DNA of 64,000 nt from the human T2T-CHM13v2.0 reference genome, Homo sapiens. The notes beneath the pieces were generated by a model, which was given only the letters and a program-made list of their open reading frames with translations, was not told the DNA's origin and made no database searches. Position numbers and translations under genes: made by a program. The stretch lies in the NCBI RefSeq assembly GCF_009914755.1, contig NC_060933.1; one strand, given 5' to 3'. Numbering within the stretch: position 1 is the stretch's first letter; every line of letters begins with the position of its first letter. Of the stretch, positions 35,881-51,577 are shown one piece after another.

Positions 35881-38800
35881 AACTCCCTTACTCTCCATTC
35901 CATTCCATTCCATTCAGGTTGTTCCATTCCATTCCATTCCATTCCACTCCATTCCATTGCACTCGGGTTGATTCCATTCCATTCCATTCCATTCCATTCC
36001 ATTGCATTACATTTGAGTTGATTCCATTCCATTCCATTCCATTCCATTCCATTCCAGTCCTTTCCATTCCATTCCACTCGGGTTGATTCCATTCTATTAG
36101 TTTCCATTCCATTCCATTGCCTTCCATTCCACTCTGGTTGATTCCATTCCTTTCCATTCCACTCGAATACATTCCTTCCTATTCCACTCGGAACGATTCC
36201 ATTCTATTCCATTCCATTCCATTCCATTCCATTCCATTTCGTTCCATTCCATTCTATTCCGTATCATTCCATTCCATTCCATTCCATTCCATTCCATTCC
36301 ATTCCATTCCATTCCATTCCATTGTACTCGGGTTGATTCCATTCCATTGCATTCCATTCCATTCCATTCCATTCCATTCCATTCCATTCCATTCCATTCC
36401 GTTCCATTCCATTACATTCGGATTGATTCTTTTCAACTTCCTTACTCTCCATTACATTCCATTCCATTCGGATTGTTCCATTCCATTCCATTCCATTCCA
36501 CTCCATTCCATTGCACTCGGGTTGATTCCATTCCATTCCATTGCATTCCATTCCGGATGATTCCATTCCATTGCATTCCGTTCCATTACATTCCCCTGCA
36601 CTCGGGTTGATTCCATTCCATTCCATTCCATTCCATTCCATTCCATTCCATTCCATTCCCCTGCACTCGCGTTGATTCCATTCCATTCCATTCCATTCCA
36701 TTCCATTCCATTCTATTCCTTTCCATTCCAGTCCTTTCCATTCCATTCCACTCGGGTTGATTCCATTCTATTAGTTTCCATTCCATTCCATTCCCTTCCA
36801 TTCCACTCTGGTTGATTCCATTCCTTTCCATTCCACTGGAATACATTCCCTCCTATTCCACTCGGAACGATTCCATTCCATTCCATTCCATTCCATTCCA
36901 TTCCATTCCATTCCATTCCATTCCATTTCGTTCCATTCCATTCTATTCCGTATCATTCCATTCCATTCCATTCCACTCGTGTTGATTTCATTCCTTTCCA
37001 TTCCATTCGGTTTGAAGGCATTCCATTCCATTCCATTCCATTCCATTCCAGTCCATTCCATTCCATTGTACTCGGGTTGATTCCATTCCATTGCATTCCA
37101 TTCCATTCCATTCCATTCCATTCCGTTGCATTCCATTCCATTTCATTCGGATTGATTCTATTCAACTCCCTTACTCTCCATTACATTCCATTCCATTCGG
37201 GTTGTTCCATTCCATTCCGTTCCATTCCACTCCATTCCATTGCACTCGGATTGATTCCATTCCATTCCATTCCATTCCATTCCATTCCATTCCATTCCAT
37301 TCCGGATGATTCCATTCCATTGCATTCCGTTCCATTACATTCCCCTGCACTCGGGTTGATTCCATTCCATTCCATTCCATTCCATTCGATTCCATTCCAT
37401 TCCAATTCTTTCCATTCCATTCTATTCCGTACCATTCCATTCCATTGCATACAATTCCATTCCATTCCATTCCACTCCGTTCCGTTCCGTTCCGTTCCAT
37501 TCCGTTCCATTCCATTCCATTCCATTCTATTCGGTTTAATTCCATTCCATTCCATTCCATTCCATTCCATTCCATTCCATTCTATTACATTCCATTGCAA
37601 TCGATTTGAATCCATTGCATTCCATTCCATTCCATTCCATTCCATTCCGGAAGATTCCATTCCATTGCATTCCATTCCATTCCATTCCATTCCATTCCAT
37701 TCCATTCCATTGCATTCCATTGTACTCGGGTTGATTCCATTCCATTGCATTCCATTCCATTCCATTCCATTCCATTCCATTCCATTCCATTCCGTTCCAT
37801 TCCATTCCGTTACATTCGGATTGATTCTTTTCAACTCCCTTACTCTCCATTACATTCCATTCCATTCGGGTTGTTCCATTCCATTCCATTCCATTCCACT
37901 CCATTCCATTGCACTCGGGTTGATTCCATTCCATTCCATTCCATTCCATTCCGGATGATTCCATTCCATTGCATTCCGTTCCATTACATTCCCCTGCACT
38001 CGGGTTGATTCCATTCCATTCCATTCCATTCCATTCGATTCGATTCCATTCCCCTGCACTCGCGTTGATTCCATTCCATTCCATTCCATTCCATTCCATT
38101 CCATTCCATTCCTTTCCATTCCAGTCTTTTCCATTCCATTCCACTCGGGTTGATTCCATTCTATTAGTTTCCATTCCATTCCATTCCCTTCCATTCCACT
38201 CTGGTTGATTCCATTCCTTTCCATTCCACTCGAATACATTCCCTCCTAATCCACTCGGAACGATTCCATTCCATTCCATTCCATTCCATTCCATTCCATT
38301 TCGTTCCATTCCATTCTATTCCATATCATTCCATTCCATTCCATTCCATTCCATTCCATTCCATTCCATTCCATTCCACTCGTGTTGATTCCATTCCTTT
38401 CCATTCCATTCGGTTTGAAGGCATTCCATTCCATTCCATTCCATTCCATTCCATTCCATTCCATTGTACTCGGGTTGATTCCATTCCATTGCATTGCCTT
38501 CCATTCCATTCTATTCCATTCCGTTCCATTCCATTCCATTCCGTTCCATTCCATTCCATTACATTCGGATTGATTCTATTCAATTCCCTTACACTCCATT
38601 ACATTCCATTCCATTCGGGTAGTTTCCATTCCATTCCATTAAATTCCTCTCCATTCCATTGCACTCGGGTTGATTCCATTACATTGCATTCCATTCCATT
38701 CCATTCAATTCCATTCCGTTCCATTCCATTCCATTACATTCGGATTGATTCTATTCAACTCCCTTACTCTCCATTACATTCAATTCCTTTCGGGTTTTTC

Positions 38801-41800
38801 CATTCCATTCCATTCCATTCCACTCCATTCCATTGCACTCGGGTTGATTCCATTCCATTCCATTCCATTCCATTCCGGAAGATTCCATTCCATTGCATTC
38901 CATTCCATTCCATTCCCCTGCACTCGCGTTGATCCCATTCCATTCCATTCCATTCCATTCCATTCCATTCCTTTCCTTTCCATTCCATTCCATTCCATTC
39001 CATTCCATTCCAATCCACTGCATTCCGTTCCGTTCCGTTCCATTCAATTCCATTCCATTCTATTCGGGTTAATTCCATTCCATTCCATTCGATTGCAATC
39101 GAGTTGATTCCATTCCATTCTATTCCATTCCATTCCATTCCTTTCCATTCCAGTACGGATGATTCCATTCCATTGCATTCCATTCCATTCCATTCCCCTG
39201 TACTCGGGTTGATTCCATTCCATTCCATTCCAATCCATGCCATTCCACTCGTGTTGATTCCATTCTTTCCATTCCATTCAAGTTGAATCCATTCCATTGC
39301 ATTCCATTCCATTCCATTCCCCTGCAGTCGGGTTGATTCCATTCCATTCCATTCCATTACATTCCATTCCATTGCATTCCGTTCCGTTCCATTCCATTCC
39401 ATTCCATTCTATTCGGGTTAATTCCATTCCATTCCATTCCATTCCAATCGAGTTGATTCCATTCCATTCCATTCCATTCCACTCCATTCCAGTCCTTTCC
39501 ATTCCACTCCACTCGGGTTGATTCCAATGTATTCCTTTCCATTCCATTCCATTCCATTGCAATCGAGTTGATTCCATTGCTTTGCATTCCATTCCATTCC
39601 ATTCCATTTCGGATGATTCCATTCCATTGCATTCCATTCCATTCCATTCCCCTGCACTCGGGTTGATTCCATTCCATTCCACTCCATTCCGTTCCATTCC
39701 ATTCCATTCCATTGTATTCGGGTTAATTCCATTCCATTCCATTCCATTCCATTCCATTCCATTACAATCGAGTTGATTCCATTCCATTCCATTCCATTCC
39801 AGTCCTTTCCATTCCATTCCACTCGGGTTGATTCCATTCTATTAGTTTCCATTCCATTCCATTCCCTTCCATTCCACTCTGGTTGATTCCATTCCTTTCC
39901 ATTCCACTCGAATACATTCCCTCCTATTCCACTCGGAACGATTCCATTCCATTCCATTCCATTCCATTCCATTTCCTTCCATTCCATTCTATTCCGTATC
40001 ATTCCATTCCATTCCATTCCATTCCATTCCATTCCATTCCATTGTACTCGGGTTGATTCAATTCCATTGCATTCCATTCCATTCCATTCCATTCCATTCC
40101 ATTCAATTCCATTTCATTACAATTCGTTCCATTCCATTCTATTCCGTAGCATTCCATTCCATTCCATACCATTCCATTCCATTCCATTCCATTCCATTCC
40201 GTTCCATTCCGTTCCATTCCATTCCATTCCATTCTATTCGGATTAATTCCATTCCATTCCATTCCATTCCATTCTATTCCATTCCATTGCAATCGAGTTG
40301 AATCCATTGCATTTCATTCCATTCCATTCCATTCCATTCCATTCCGGAAGATTCCATTCCATTGCATTCCATTCCATTCCATTCCCCTGGACTCGCGTTG
40401 ATTCCATTCCATTCCATTCCGTTCCGTTCCATTCCATTCCATTCCATTCCATTCCATTCCATTCCGTTCCGTTCCATTCCATTCCATTCCATTCTATTCG
40501 GGTTAATTCCATTCCATTCCATTCGATTGCAATCGAGTTGATTCCATTCCATTCCATTGCTTTCCATTCCATTACGGATGATTCCATTCCATTGCATTCC
40601 ATTCTATTCCATTCCCCTGTACTCGGGTTGATTCCATTCCATTCCATTCCAATCCATGCCATTCCAGTCGTGTTGATTCCATTCTTTCCATTCCATTCAA
40701 GTTGAATCCATTCCATTGCATTCCATTCCATTCGATTCCATTCGATTGCACTCGGGTTGATTCCATTCCATTGCATTCCATTCCATTCCATTCCATTCCA
40801 TTCCGTTCCATTCCATTCCATTACATTCGGATTGATTCTATTCAATTCCCTTTCACTCCATTACATTCCATTCCATTCGGGTAGTTTCCATTCCATTCCA
40901 TTCCATTCCTCTCCATTCCATTGCACTCGGGTTGATTCCATTCCATTGCATTGCATTCCATTCCATTCAATTCCATTCCGTTCCATTCCATTCCATTACA
41001 TTCGGATTGATTCTATTCAACTCCCTTACTCTCCATTACATTCCATTCCATTCGGGTTGTCCTATTCCATTCCATTCCATTCCACTCCATTCCATTGCAC
41101 TCGGGTTGATTCCATTCCATTCCATTAAATTCCATTCCATTCCATTCCATTCCCTTCCATTCCATTCCGGAAGATTACATTCCATTGCATTCCATTCCAT
41201 TCCATGCCCGTGCACTCGCGTTGATTCCATTCCATTCCATTCTATTCCATTCCATTCCCTTCCTTTCCGTTCCATTCCATTACATTCCATTCCATTCCGT
41301 TCCGTTCCATTCCATTCCACTCCATTCTATTCGGGTTAATTCCATTCCATTCCATTCGATTGCAATCTAGTTGATTCCATTCCATTCCATTCCATTCCAT
41401 TCCATTCCATTCCATTCCATTCCTTTCCATTCCATTACGGATGATTCCATTCCATTGCATTCCATTCCATTCCATTCCCCTGTACTCGGGTTGATTCCGT
41501 TCAATTCCATTCCAATCCATGCCATTCCACTCGTGTTGATTCCATTCTTTCCATTCCATTCAAGTTGATTCCATTCCATTGCATTCCATTCCATTCGATT
41601 CCATTCGGTTGCACTCAGGTTGATTCCATTCCATTGCATTCCATTCCATTCCATTCCATTCCATTCCTTTCCATTCCATTCCATTACATTCGGATTGATT
41701 CTATTCAATTCCCTTACACTCCATTACATTCCATTCCATTCGGGTAGTTTCCATTCCATTCCGTTCCATTCCCCTCTATTCCATTGAACTCGGGTTGATT

Positions 41801-44800
41801 CCATTCCATTGCCTTCCATTCCATTCCATTCCATTCCATTCCATTCCATTCCGTTCCATTCCATTCCATTACATTCGGATTTATTCTATTCAACTCCCTT
41901 ACTCTCCATTACATTCCATTCCATTCGGGTTGTTCCATTCCATTCCATTCCATTCCACTCCATTCCATTGCACTCGGGTTTATTCCATTCCATTCCATTC
42001 CATTCCATTCCATTCCATTCCATTCCATTCCGGAAGATTCCATTCCATTGCATTCCATTCCATTCCATTCCCCTGCACTCGCGTTGATTCCATTCCATTC
42101 CATTCCATTCCATTCCATTCCATTCCATTCCTTTCCGTTCCATTCCATTCCATTCCATTCCATTCCATTCCATTCCATTCCATTCCATTTCGTTCCATTC
42201 CATTGTATTCCGTATCATTCCATTCCATTCCATTCCATTCCATTCCATTCCATTCCATTCCATTCCATTCCATTGTACTCGGGTTGATTCAATTCCATTG
42301 CATTCCATTCCATTCCATTCCATTCCATTCCGTTGCATTCCATTCCATTACATTCGGATTGATTCTATTCAACTCCCTTACTCTCCATTACATTCCATTG
42401 CATTCGGGTTGTTCCATTCCATTCCATTCCATTCCACTCCATTCCATTGCACTCGGGTTGATTCCATTCCATTCCATTCCATTCCATTCCATTCCATTCC
42501 ATTCCATTCCGGATGATTCCATTCCATTGCATTCCGTTCCATTACATTCCCCTGCTCTCGCGTTGATTCCATTCCATTCCATTCAATTCCATTCCATTAC
42601 AATTCGTTCCATTCCATTCTATTCCGTACCATTCCATTCCATTCCATACCATTCCATTCCATTCCTTTCCATTCCGTTCCATTCCGTTCCATTCCATTCC
42701 ATTCCATTCTATTCGAATTAATTCCATTCCATTCCATTCCATTCCATTCTATTCCATTCCATTGCAATCGAGTTGAATCCATTGCATTTCATTCCATTCC
42801 ATTCCATTCCATTCCATTCCGGAAGATTCCATTCCATTGCATTCCATTCCATTCCATTCCCCTGCACTCGCGTTGATTCCATTCCATTCCATTCCATTCC
42901 ATTCCATTCCATTCCATTCCATTCCGTTCCGTTCCATTGCATTCCATTCCATTCCATTCCGTTCCGTTCCATTTCATTCCATTCCATTCTATTCGGGTTA
43001 ATTCCATTCCATTCCATTCGATTGCAATCGAGTTGATTCCATTCCATTCCATTCCATTCCATTCCATTCCATTCCATTCCATTCCATTCCATTCCATTCC
43101 TTTCCATTCCATTATGGATGATTCCATTCCATTGCATTCCATTCCATTCCATTCCCCTGTACTCGGGTTGATTCCATTCCATTCCATTCCAATCCATGCC
43201 ATTCCACTCGTGTTGATTCCATTCTTTCCATTCCATTCAAGTTGAATCCATTCCATTGCATTCCATTCCATTCGATTCCATTCGATTGCACTCGGGTTGA
43301 TTCCATTCCATTGCATTCCATTCCATTCCATTCCATTCCGTTCCATTCCATTCCATTACATTCGGATTGATTCTATTCAATTCCTTTACACTCCATTACA
43401 TTCCATTCCATTCGGGTAGTTTCCATTCCATTCCATTCCATTCCTCTCCATTCCATTGCACTCGGGTTGATTCCATTCCATTGCATTCCATTCCATTCCA
43501 TTCAAATCCATTCCGTTCCATTCCATTCCATTACATTCGGATTGATTCTATTCAACTCCCTTACTCTCCATTACATTGCATTCCATTCGATTTGTTCCAT
43601 TCCATTCCATTCCATTCCACTCCATTCCATTGCACTCGGGTTGATTCCATTCCATTCCATTCCATTCCATTCCATTCCATTCCATTCCGGAAGATTCCAT
43701 TCCATTGCATTCCGTTCCATTACATTCCCCTGCAGTCGCGTTGATTCCATTCCATTCCATTCCATTCCATTCCATTACAATTCGTTCCATTCCATTCTAT
43801 TCCGTACCATTCCATTCCATTCCATAGCATTCCATTCCATTCCATTTCATTCCATTGCATTCCATTCCATTCCATTCCTTTCCATTCCAATATGGATGAT
43901 TCCATTCCATTGCATTCCATTCCATTCCATTCCCCTGTACTCAGGTTGATTCCATTCCATTTCATTCCAATCCATGCCATTCCACTCGTGTTGATTCCAA
44001 TCTTTGCATTCCATTCAAGTTGAATCCATTCCATTGCATTCCATTCAATTCGATTCCATTCGATTGCACTCGGGTTGATTCCATTCCATTGCATTCCATT
44101 CCATTCCTTTCCATTCCATTCCATTCCGTTCCATTCCATTACTTTACATTCGGATTGATTCTATTCAATTCCCTTACACTCCATTCCATTCCATTCCATT
44201 CGGGTAGTTTCCATTCCATTCCATTCCATTCCATTCCTCTCCATTCCATTGCACTCGGGTTGATTCCTTTCCATTGCATTCCATTCCATTCCATTCAATT
44301 CCATTCCGTTCCATTCCATTCCATTACATTCGGATTGATTCTATTCAACTCCCTTACTCTCCATTACATTCCATTCCATTCGGGTTGTTCCATTCCATTC
44401 CATTCCATTCCACTCCATTCCATTGCACTCGGGTTGATTCCATTCCATTCCATTCCATTCCATTCCATTCCATTCCGGAAGATTCCATTCCATTCCATTC
44501 CATTCCATTCCATTCCATTCCATTCCTATCCGTTCCATTCCATTCCATTCCATTCCAATCCATTCCATTCCGTTCCGTTCCGTTCCGTTCCATTCCATTC
44601 CATTCCATTCTATTCGGGTTAATTCCATTCCATTCCATTCGATTGCAATCGAGTTGATTCCATTCCATTCTATTCCATTCCATTCCATTCCATTCCATTC
44701 CTTTCCATTCCATTCCATTACGGATGATTCCATTCCATTGCATTCCATTCCATTCCATTCCCCTGTACTCGGGTTGATTCCATTCCATTCCATTCCAATC

Positions 44801-47714
44801 CATGCCATTCCACTCGAGTTGATTCCATTCTGTCCATTCCATTCAAGTTGAATCCATTCCATTGCATTCCATTCCATTCCATTCCCCTGCAGTCGGGTTG
44901 ATTCCATTCCATTCCATTCCATTCCATTCCATTCCATTCCATTCCATTCCATTCCATTCCGGATGATTCCATTCCATTGCATTCCATTCCATTCCATTCC
45001 CCTGCACTCGCGTTGATTCCATTCCATTCCATTCCATTCCATTCCATCCATTCCGTTCCGTTCCATCCCATTCCATTCCATTCCATTCCATTCCATTCCG
45101 TTCCGTTCCATTCCATTCCATTCCATTCCATTCTATTCGGGTTAATTCCATTCCATTCCATTCGATTGCAATCAAGTTGATTCCATTCCATTCCATTCCA
45201 TTCCATACCATTCCATTCCTTTCCATTCCATTACGGATGATTCCATTCCATTGCATTCCATTCCATTCCATTCCCCTGTACTCGGGTTGATTCCATTCCA
45301 TTCCATTCCAATCCATGCCATTCCACTCGTGTTGATTCCATTCTTTCCATTCCATTCAAGTTGAATCCATTCCATTGCATTCCATTCCATTCCATTCCCC
45401 TGCAGTCGGGTTGATTCCATTCCATTCCATTCCATTCCATTCTATTCCATTCCATTCCGTTCCGTTCCGTTCCATTCCATTCCATTCCATTCTATTCGGG
45501 TTAATTCCATTCCATTCCATTCCATTCCATTCCAATCGAGTTGATTCCATTCCATTCCATTCCATTCCATTCCACTCCATTCCAGTCCTTTCCATTCCAT
45601 TCCACTCGGGTTGATTCCAATGTATTCCTTTCCATTCCATTCCATTCCATTGCAATCGAGTTGATTCCATTGCTTTGCATTCCATTCCATTCCATTCCAT
45701 TCCGGTTGATTCCATTCCATTGCATTCCATTCCATTCCATTCCCCTGCACTCGGGTTGTTTCCATTCCATTCCACTCCATTCCGTTCCATTCCATTCCAT
45801 TCCATTGTATTCGGGTTAATTCCATTCCATTCCATTCCATTCCATTCCATTACAATCGAGTTGATTCCTTTCCATTCCATTCCATTCCAGTCCTTTCCAT
45901 TCCATTCCACTCGGGTTGATTCCATTCTATTAGTTTCCATTCCATTCCATTCCCTTCCATTCCACTCTGGTTGATACCATTCCTTTCCATTCCACTCGAA
46001 TACATTCCCTCCTATTCCACTCGGAACGATTCCATTCCATTCCATTGCATTCCATTCCATTATATTCCATTCCATTTCATTCCATTCCATTCTATTCCGT
46101 ACCATTCCATTCCATCCCATTCCATTCCGTTCCATTCCATGCCATTACACTCGGGTTGATTCCATTCCATTCCATTCCATTCCATTCCATTCCGGATATT
46201 TCCATTCCATTGCATTCCGTTCCATTACATTCCCCTGCACTCGCGTTGATTCCATTCCATTCCATTCCATTCCATTCCATTCCATTACAATTCGTTCCAT
46301 TCCATTCTATTCCGTACCATTGCATTCCATTCCATACCATTCCATTCTATTCGGATTAATTCCATTCCATTCCATTCCATTCCATTCTATTCCATTCCAT
46401 TGCAATCGAGTTGAATCCATTGCATTTCATTCCATTCCATTCCATTACATTCCATTCCGGAAGATTCCATTCCATTGCATTCCATTCCATTCCATTCCCC
46501 TGGACTCGCGTTGATTCCATTCCATTCCATTCCGTTCCGTTCCATTCCATTCCATTCCATTCCATTCCATTCCATTCCGTTCCGTTCCATTTCATTCCAT
46601 TCCATTCTATTCGGGTTAATTCCATTCCATTCCATTCGATTGCAATCGAGTTGATTCCATTCCATTCCATTGCTTTCCATTCCATTCCATTCCATTCCAT
46701 TCCATTCCTTTCCATTCCATTATGGATGATTCCATTCCATTGCATTCCATTCCATTCCATTCCCCTGTACTCGGGTTGATTCCATTCCATTCCATTCCAA
46801 TCCATGCCATTCCACTCGTGTTGATTCCATTCTTTCCATTCCATTCAAGTTGAATCCACTCCATTGCATTCCATTCCATTCGATTCCATTCGATTGCACT
46901 CGGGTTGATTCCATTCCATTGCATTCCATTCCATTCCATTCCATTCCGTTCCATTCCATTCCATTACATTCGGATTGATTCTATTCAATTCCTTTACACT
47001 CCATTACATTCCATTCCATTCGGGTAGTTTCCATTCCATTCCATTCCATTCCTCTCCATTCCATTGCACTCGGGTTGATTCCATTCCATTGCATTCCATT
47101 CCATTCCATTCAAATCCATTCCGTTCCATTCCATTCCATTACATTCGGATTGATTCTATTCAACTCCCTTACTCTCCATTACATTCCATTCCATTCGATT
47201 TGTTCCATTCCATTCCATTCCATTCCACTCCATTCCATTGCACTCGGGTTGATTCCATTCCATTCCATTCCATTCCATTCCATTCCGGAAGATTCCATTC
47301 CATTGCATTCCATTCCATTCCATTCCCCTGCACTCGCTTTGATTCCATTCCATTCCATTCTATTCCATTCCATTCCCTTCCTTTCCGTTCCATTCCATTC
47401 CATTCCATTCCGTTCCGTTCCATTCCATTCCATTCCATTCTATTCGGGTTAATTCCATTCCATTCCATTCGATTGCAATCGAGTTGATTCCATTCCATTC
47501 CATTCCATTCCATTCCATTCCATTCCATTCCTTTCCATTCCTTTCCATTCCATTACGGATGATTCCATTCCATTGCATTCCATTCCATTCCATTCCCCTA
47601 TACTCGGGTTGATTCCATTCCATTCCATTCCAATCCATGCCATTCCACTCTTGTTGATTCCATTCTTTCCATTCAATTCAAGTTGAATCCATTCCATTGC
47701 ATTCCATTCCATTC

Positions 47715-50700
47715 GATTCCATTCGATTGCACTCGGGTTGATTCCATTCCATTGCATTCCATTCCATTCCATTCCATTCCATTCCATTCCGTTCCATTCC
47801 ATTTCATTACATTCAGATTGATTCTATTCAATTCCCTTACACTCCATTATATTCCAATCCATTCTGGTTGTCTCCATTCCATTCCATTCCATTTCACTCC
47901 ATTCCATTGCACTCGGGTTGATTCCATTCCATTCCATTCCATTGCATTCCATTCCATTCCATTCCGGATGATTCCATTCCATTGCATTCCATTCCATTCC
48001 ATTCCCCTGCACTCGGGTTGATTCCATTCCATTCCATTCCATTACATTCCGTTCCATTCCATTCCATTCCATTCGGATTGATTCTATTCAATTCCCTTAC
48101 ACTCCATTACATTCCATTCCATTCGGGTAGTTTCCATTCCATTCCATTCCATTCCTCTCCATTCCATTGCACTCGGTTTGATTCCATTCCATTCCATTCC
48201 ATTCCATTCCCTTACATTACATTCCATTCCATTCCGTTCCATTGTACTCGGGTTGATTCCATTCCATTGCATTCCATTCCATTCCATTCCATTCCATTCC
48301 ATTCCATTCCATTCCATTCCGTTCCATTCCATTACATTCGGATTGATTCTATTCAACTCCCTTACTCTCCATTACATTCCATTCCATTCGGGTTGTTCCA
48401 TTCCATTCCATTCCATTCCACTCAATTCCATTGCGCTCGGGTTGATTCCATTCCATTCCATTCCATTCCATTCCATTCCATTCCATTCCATTCCGGATGA
48501 TTCCATTCCATTGCATTCCGTTCCATTACATTCCCCTGCACTCGGGTTGATTCCATTCCATTCCATTCCATTCCATTCGATTCCATTCCATTCCAATTCT
48601 TTCCATTCCATTCTATTCTGTACCATTCCATTCCATTCCATACAATTCCATTCCATTCCATTCCACTCCGTTCCGTTCCGTTCCGTTCTGTTCCGTTCCA
48701 TTCCATTCCATTCCATTCTATTCGGTTTAATTCCATTCCATTCCATTCCATTCCATTCTATTCCATTCCATTGCAATCGAGTTGAATCCATTGCATTCCA
48801 TTCCATTCCATTCCATTCCATTCAATTCCGGAAGATTCCATTCCATTGCATTCCATTCCATTCCATTCCATTCCATTCCATTCCATTCCATTCCATTCCA
48901 TTCCATTGTACTCGGGTTGATTCCATTCCATTGCATTCCATTCCATTCCATTCCATTCCATTCCATTCCGTTCCATTCCATTCCATTACATTCGGATTGA
49001 TTCTTTTCAACTCCCTTACTCTCCATTACATTCCATTCCATTCGGGTTGTTCCATTCCATTCCTTTCCATTCCACTCCATTCCATTGCACTCGGGTTGAT
49101 TCCATTCCATTCCATTCCATTCCTTTCCGGATGATTCCATTCCATTGCATTCCGTTCCATTACGTTCCCCTGCACTCGGGTTGATTCCATTCCATTCCTT
49201 TCCATTCCATTCGATTCCATTCCATTCCCCTGCACTCGCGTTGATTCCATTCCATTCCATTCCTTTCCATTCCATTCCATTCCATTCCTTTCCGTTCCAT
49301 TCCATTCCACTCCATTCCATTCCGTTCCGTTCCATTCCATTCCATTCCATTCTATTCGGGTTAATTCCATTCCATTCCATTCGATTGCAATCGAGTTGAT
49401 TCCATTCCATTCCATTCCATTCCATTCCATTCCATTCCATTCCAGTCCTTTCCATTCCTTTCCATTCCATTACTGATGATTCCATTCCATTGCATTCCAT
49501 TCCATTCCATTCCCCGGTACTCGGGTTGATTCCATTCCATTCCATTCCAATCCATGCCATTCCACTCGTGTTGATTCCATTCTTTCCTTTCCATTCAAGT
49601 TGAATCCATTCCATTGTATTCCATTCCATTTGATTCCATTCGATTGCACTCGGGTTGATTCCATTCCATTGCATTCCATTCCATTCCATTCCATTCCATT
49701 CCATTCCTTTCCATTCCATTTCATTACATTCAGATTGATTCTATTCAATTCCCTTACACTCCATTATATTCCAATCCATTCTGGTTGTCTCCATTCCATT
49801 CCATTCCATTTCACTCCATTCCATTGCACTCGGGTTGATTCCATTCCATTCCATTCCATTGCATTCCATTCCATTCCATTCCGGATGATTCCATTCCATT
49901 GCATTCCATTCCATTCCATTCCCCTGCACTCGGGTTGATTCCATTCCATTCCATTCCATTACATTCCGTTCCATTCCATTCCATTCCATTCGGATTTATT
50001 CTATTCAATTCCCTTACACTCCATTACATTCCATTCCATTCGGGTAGTTTCCATTCCATTCCATTCCATTCCTCTCCATTCCATTGCACTCGGGTTGATT
50101 CCATTCCATTCCATTCCATTCCATTCCATTACATTACATTACATTCCATTCCATTCCGTTCCATTGTACTCGGGTTGATTCCATTCCATTGCATTCCATT
50201 CCATTCCATTCCATTCCATTCCATTCCATTCCATTCCGTTCCATTCCATTACATTCGGATTGATTCTATTCAACTCCCTTACTCTCCATTACATTCCATT
50301 CCATTCGGGTTGTTCCATTCCATTCCATTCCATTCCACTCAATTCCATTGCGCTCGGGTTGATTCCATTCCATTCCATTCCATTCCATTCCATTCCATTC
50401 CATTCCGGATGATTCCATTCCATTGCATTCCGTTCCATTACATTCCCCTGCACTCGGGTTGATTCCATTCCATTCCATTCCATTCCATTCGATTCCATTC
50501 CATTCCAATTCTTTCCATTCCATTCTATTCCGTACCATTCCATTCCATTCCATACAATTCCATTCCATTCCATTCCACTCCGTTCCGTTCCGTTCCGTTC
50601 TGTTCCGTTCCATTCCATTCCATTCCATTCTATTCGGTTTAATTCCATTCCATTCCATTCCATTCCATTCTATTCCATTCCATTGCAATCGAGTTGAATC

Positions 50701-51577
50701 CATTGCATTCCATTCCATTCCATTCCATTCCATTCAATTCCGGAAGATTCCATTCCATTGCATTCCATTCCATTCCATTCCATTCCATTCCATTCCATTC
50801 CATTCCATTCCATTCCATTGTACTCGGGTTGATTCCATTCCATTGCATTCCATTCCATTCCATTCCATTCCATTCCATTCCGTTCCATTCCATTCCATTA
50901 CATTCGGATTGATTCTTTTCAACTCCCTTACTCTCCATTACATTCCATTCCATTCGGGTTGTTCCATTCCATTCCTTTCCATTCCACTCCATTCCATTGC
51001 ACTCGGGTTGATTCCATTCCATTCCATTCCATTCCTTTCCGGATGATTCCATTCCATTGCATTCCGTTCCATTACGTTCCCCTGCACTCGGGTTGATTCC
51101 ATTCCATTCCTTTCCATTCCATTCGATTCCATTCCATTCCCCTGCACTCGCGTTGATTCCATTCCATTCCATTCCTTTCCATTCCATTCCATTCCATTCC
51201 TTTCCGTTCCATTCCATTCCACTCCATTCCATTCCGTTCCGTTCCATTCCATTCCATTCCATTCTATTCGGGTTAATTCCATTCCATTCCATTCGATTGC
51301 AATCGAGTTGATTCCATTCCATTCCATTCCATTCCATTCCATTCCATTCCATTCCAGTCCTTTCCATTCCTTTCCATTCCATTACTGATGATTCCATTCC
51401 ATTGCATTCCATTCCATTCCATTCCCCGGTACTCGGGTTGATTCCATTCCATTCCATTCCAATCCATGCCATTCCACTCGTGTTGATTCCATTCTTTCCT
51501 TTCCATTCAAGTTGAATCCATTCCATTGTATTCCATTCCATTTGATTCCATTCGATTGCACTCGGGTTGATTCCATT
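47715..51577. repeat. ~1.91 kb near-identical tandem duplication (unit 1 about 47715-49631; unit 2 about 49632-51543)
   Basis: Rare variants in both units: ATTCAGATTG (47811/49728), CCATTATATTCCAATCCATTCTGGTTGTCTCC (47844/49761), TTGCGCTCGG (48431/50348), TACGTTCCCC (49161/51073), CCCCGGTACTC (49512/51424). Offsets are 1917 and 1912. Confidence 0.92.

Noticed and set aside
5601-41180. Purifying selection on HSE cores (five neutral versus three disruptive variants)
   Set aside because: The numbers are too small, and several neutral changes are at the mutable CpG.
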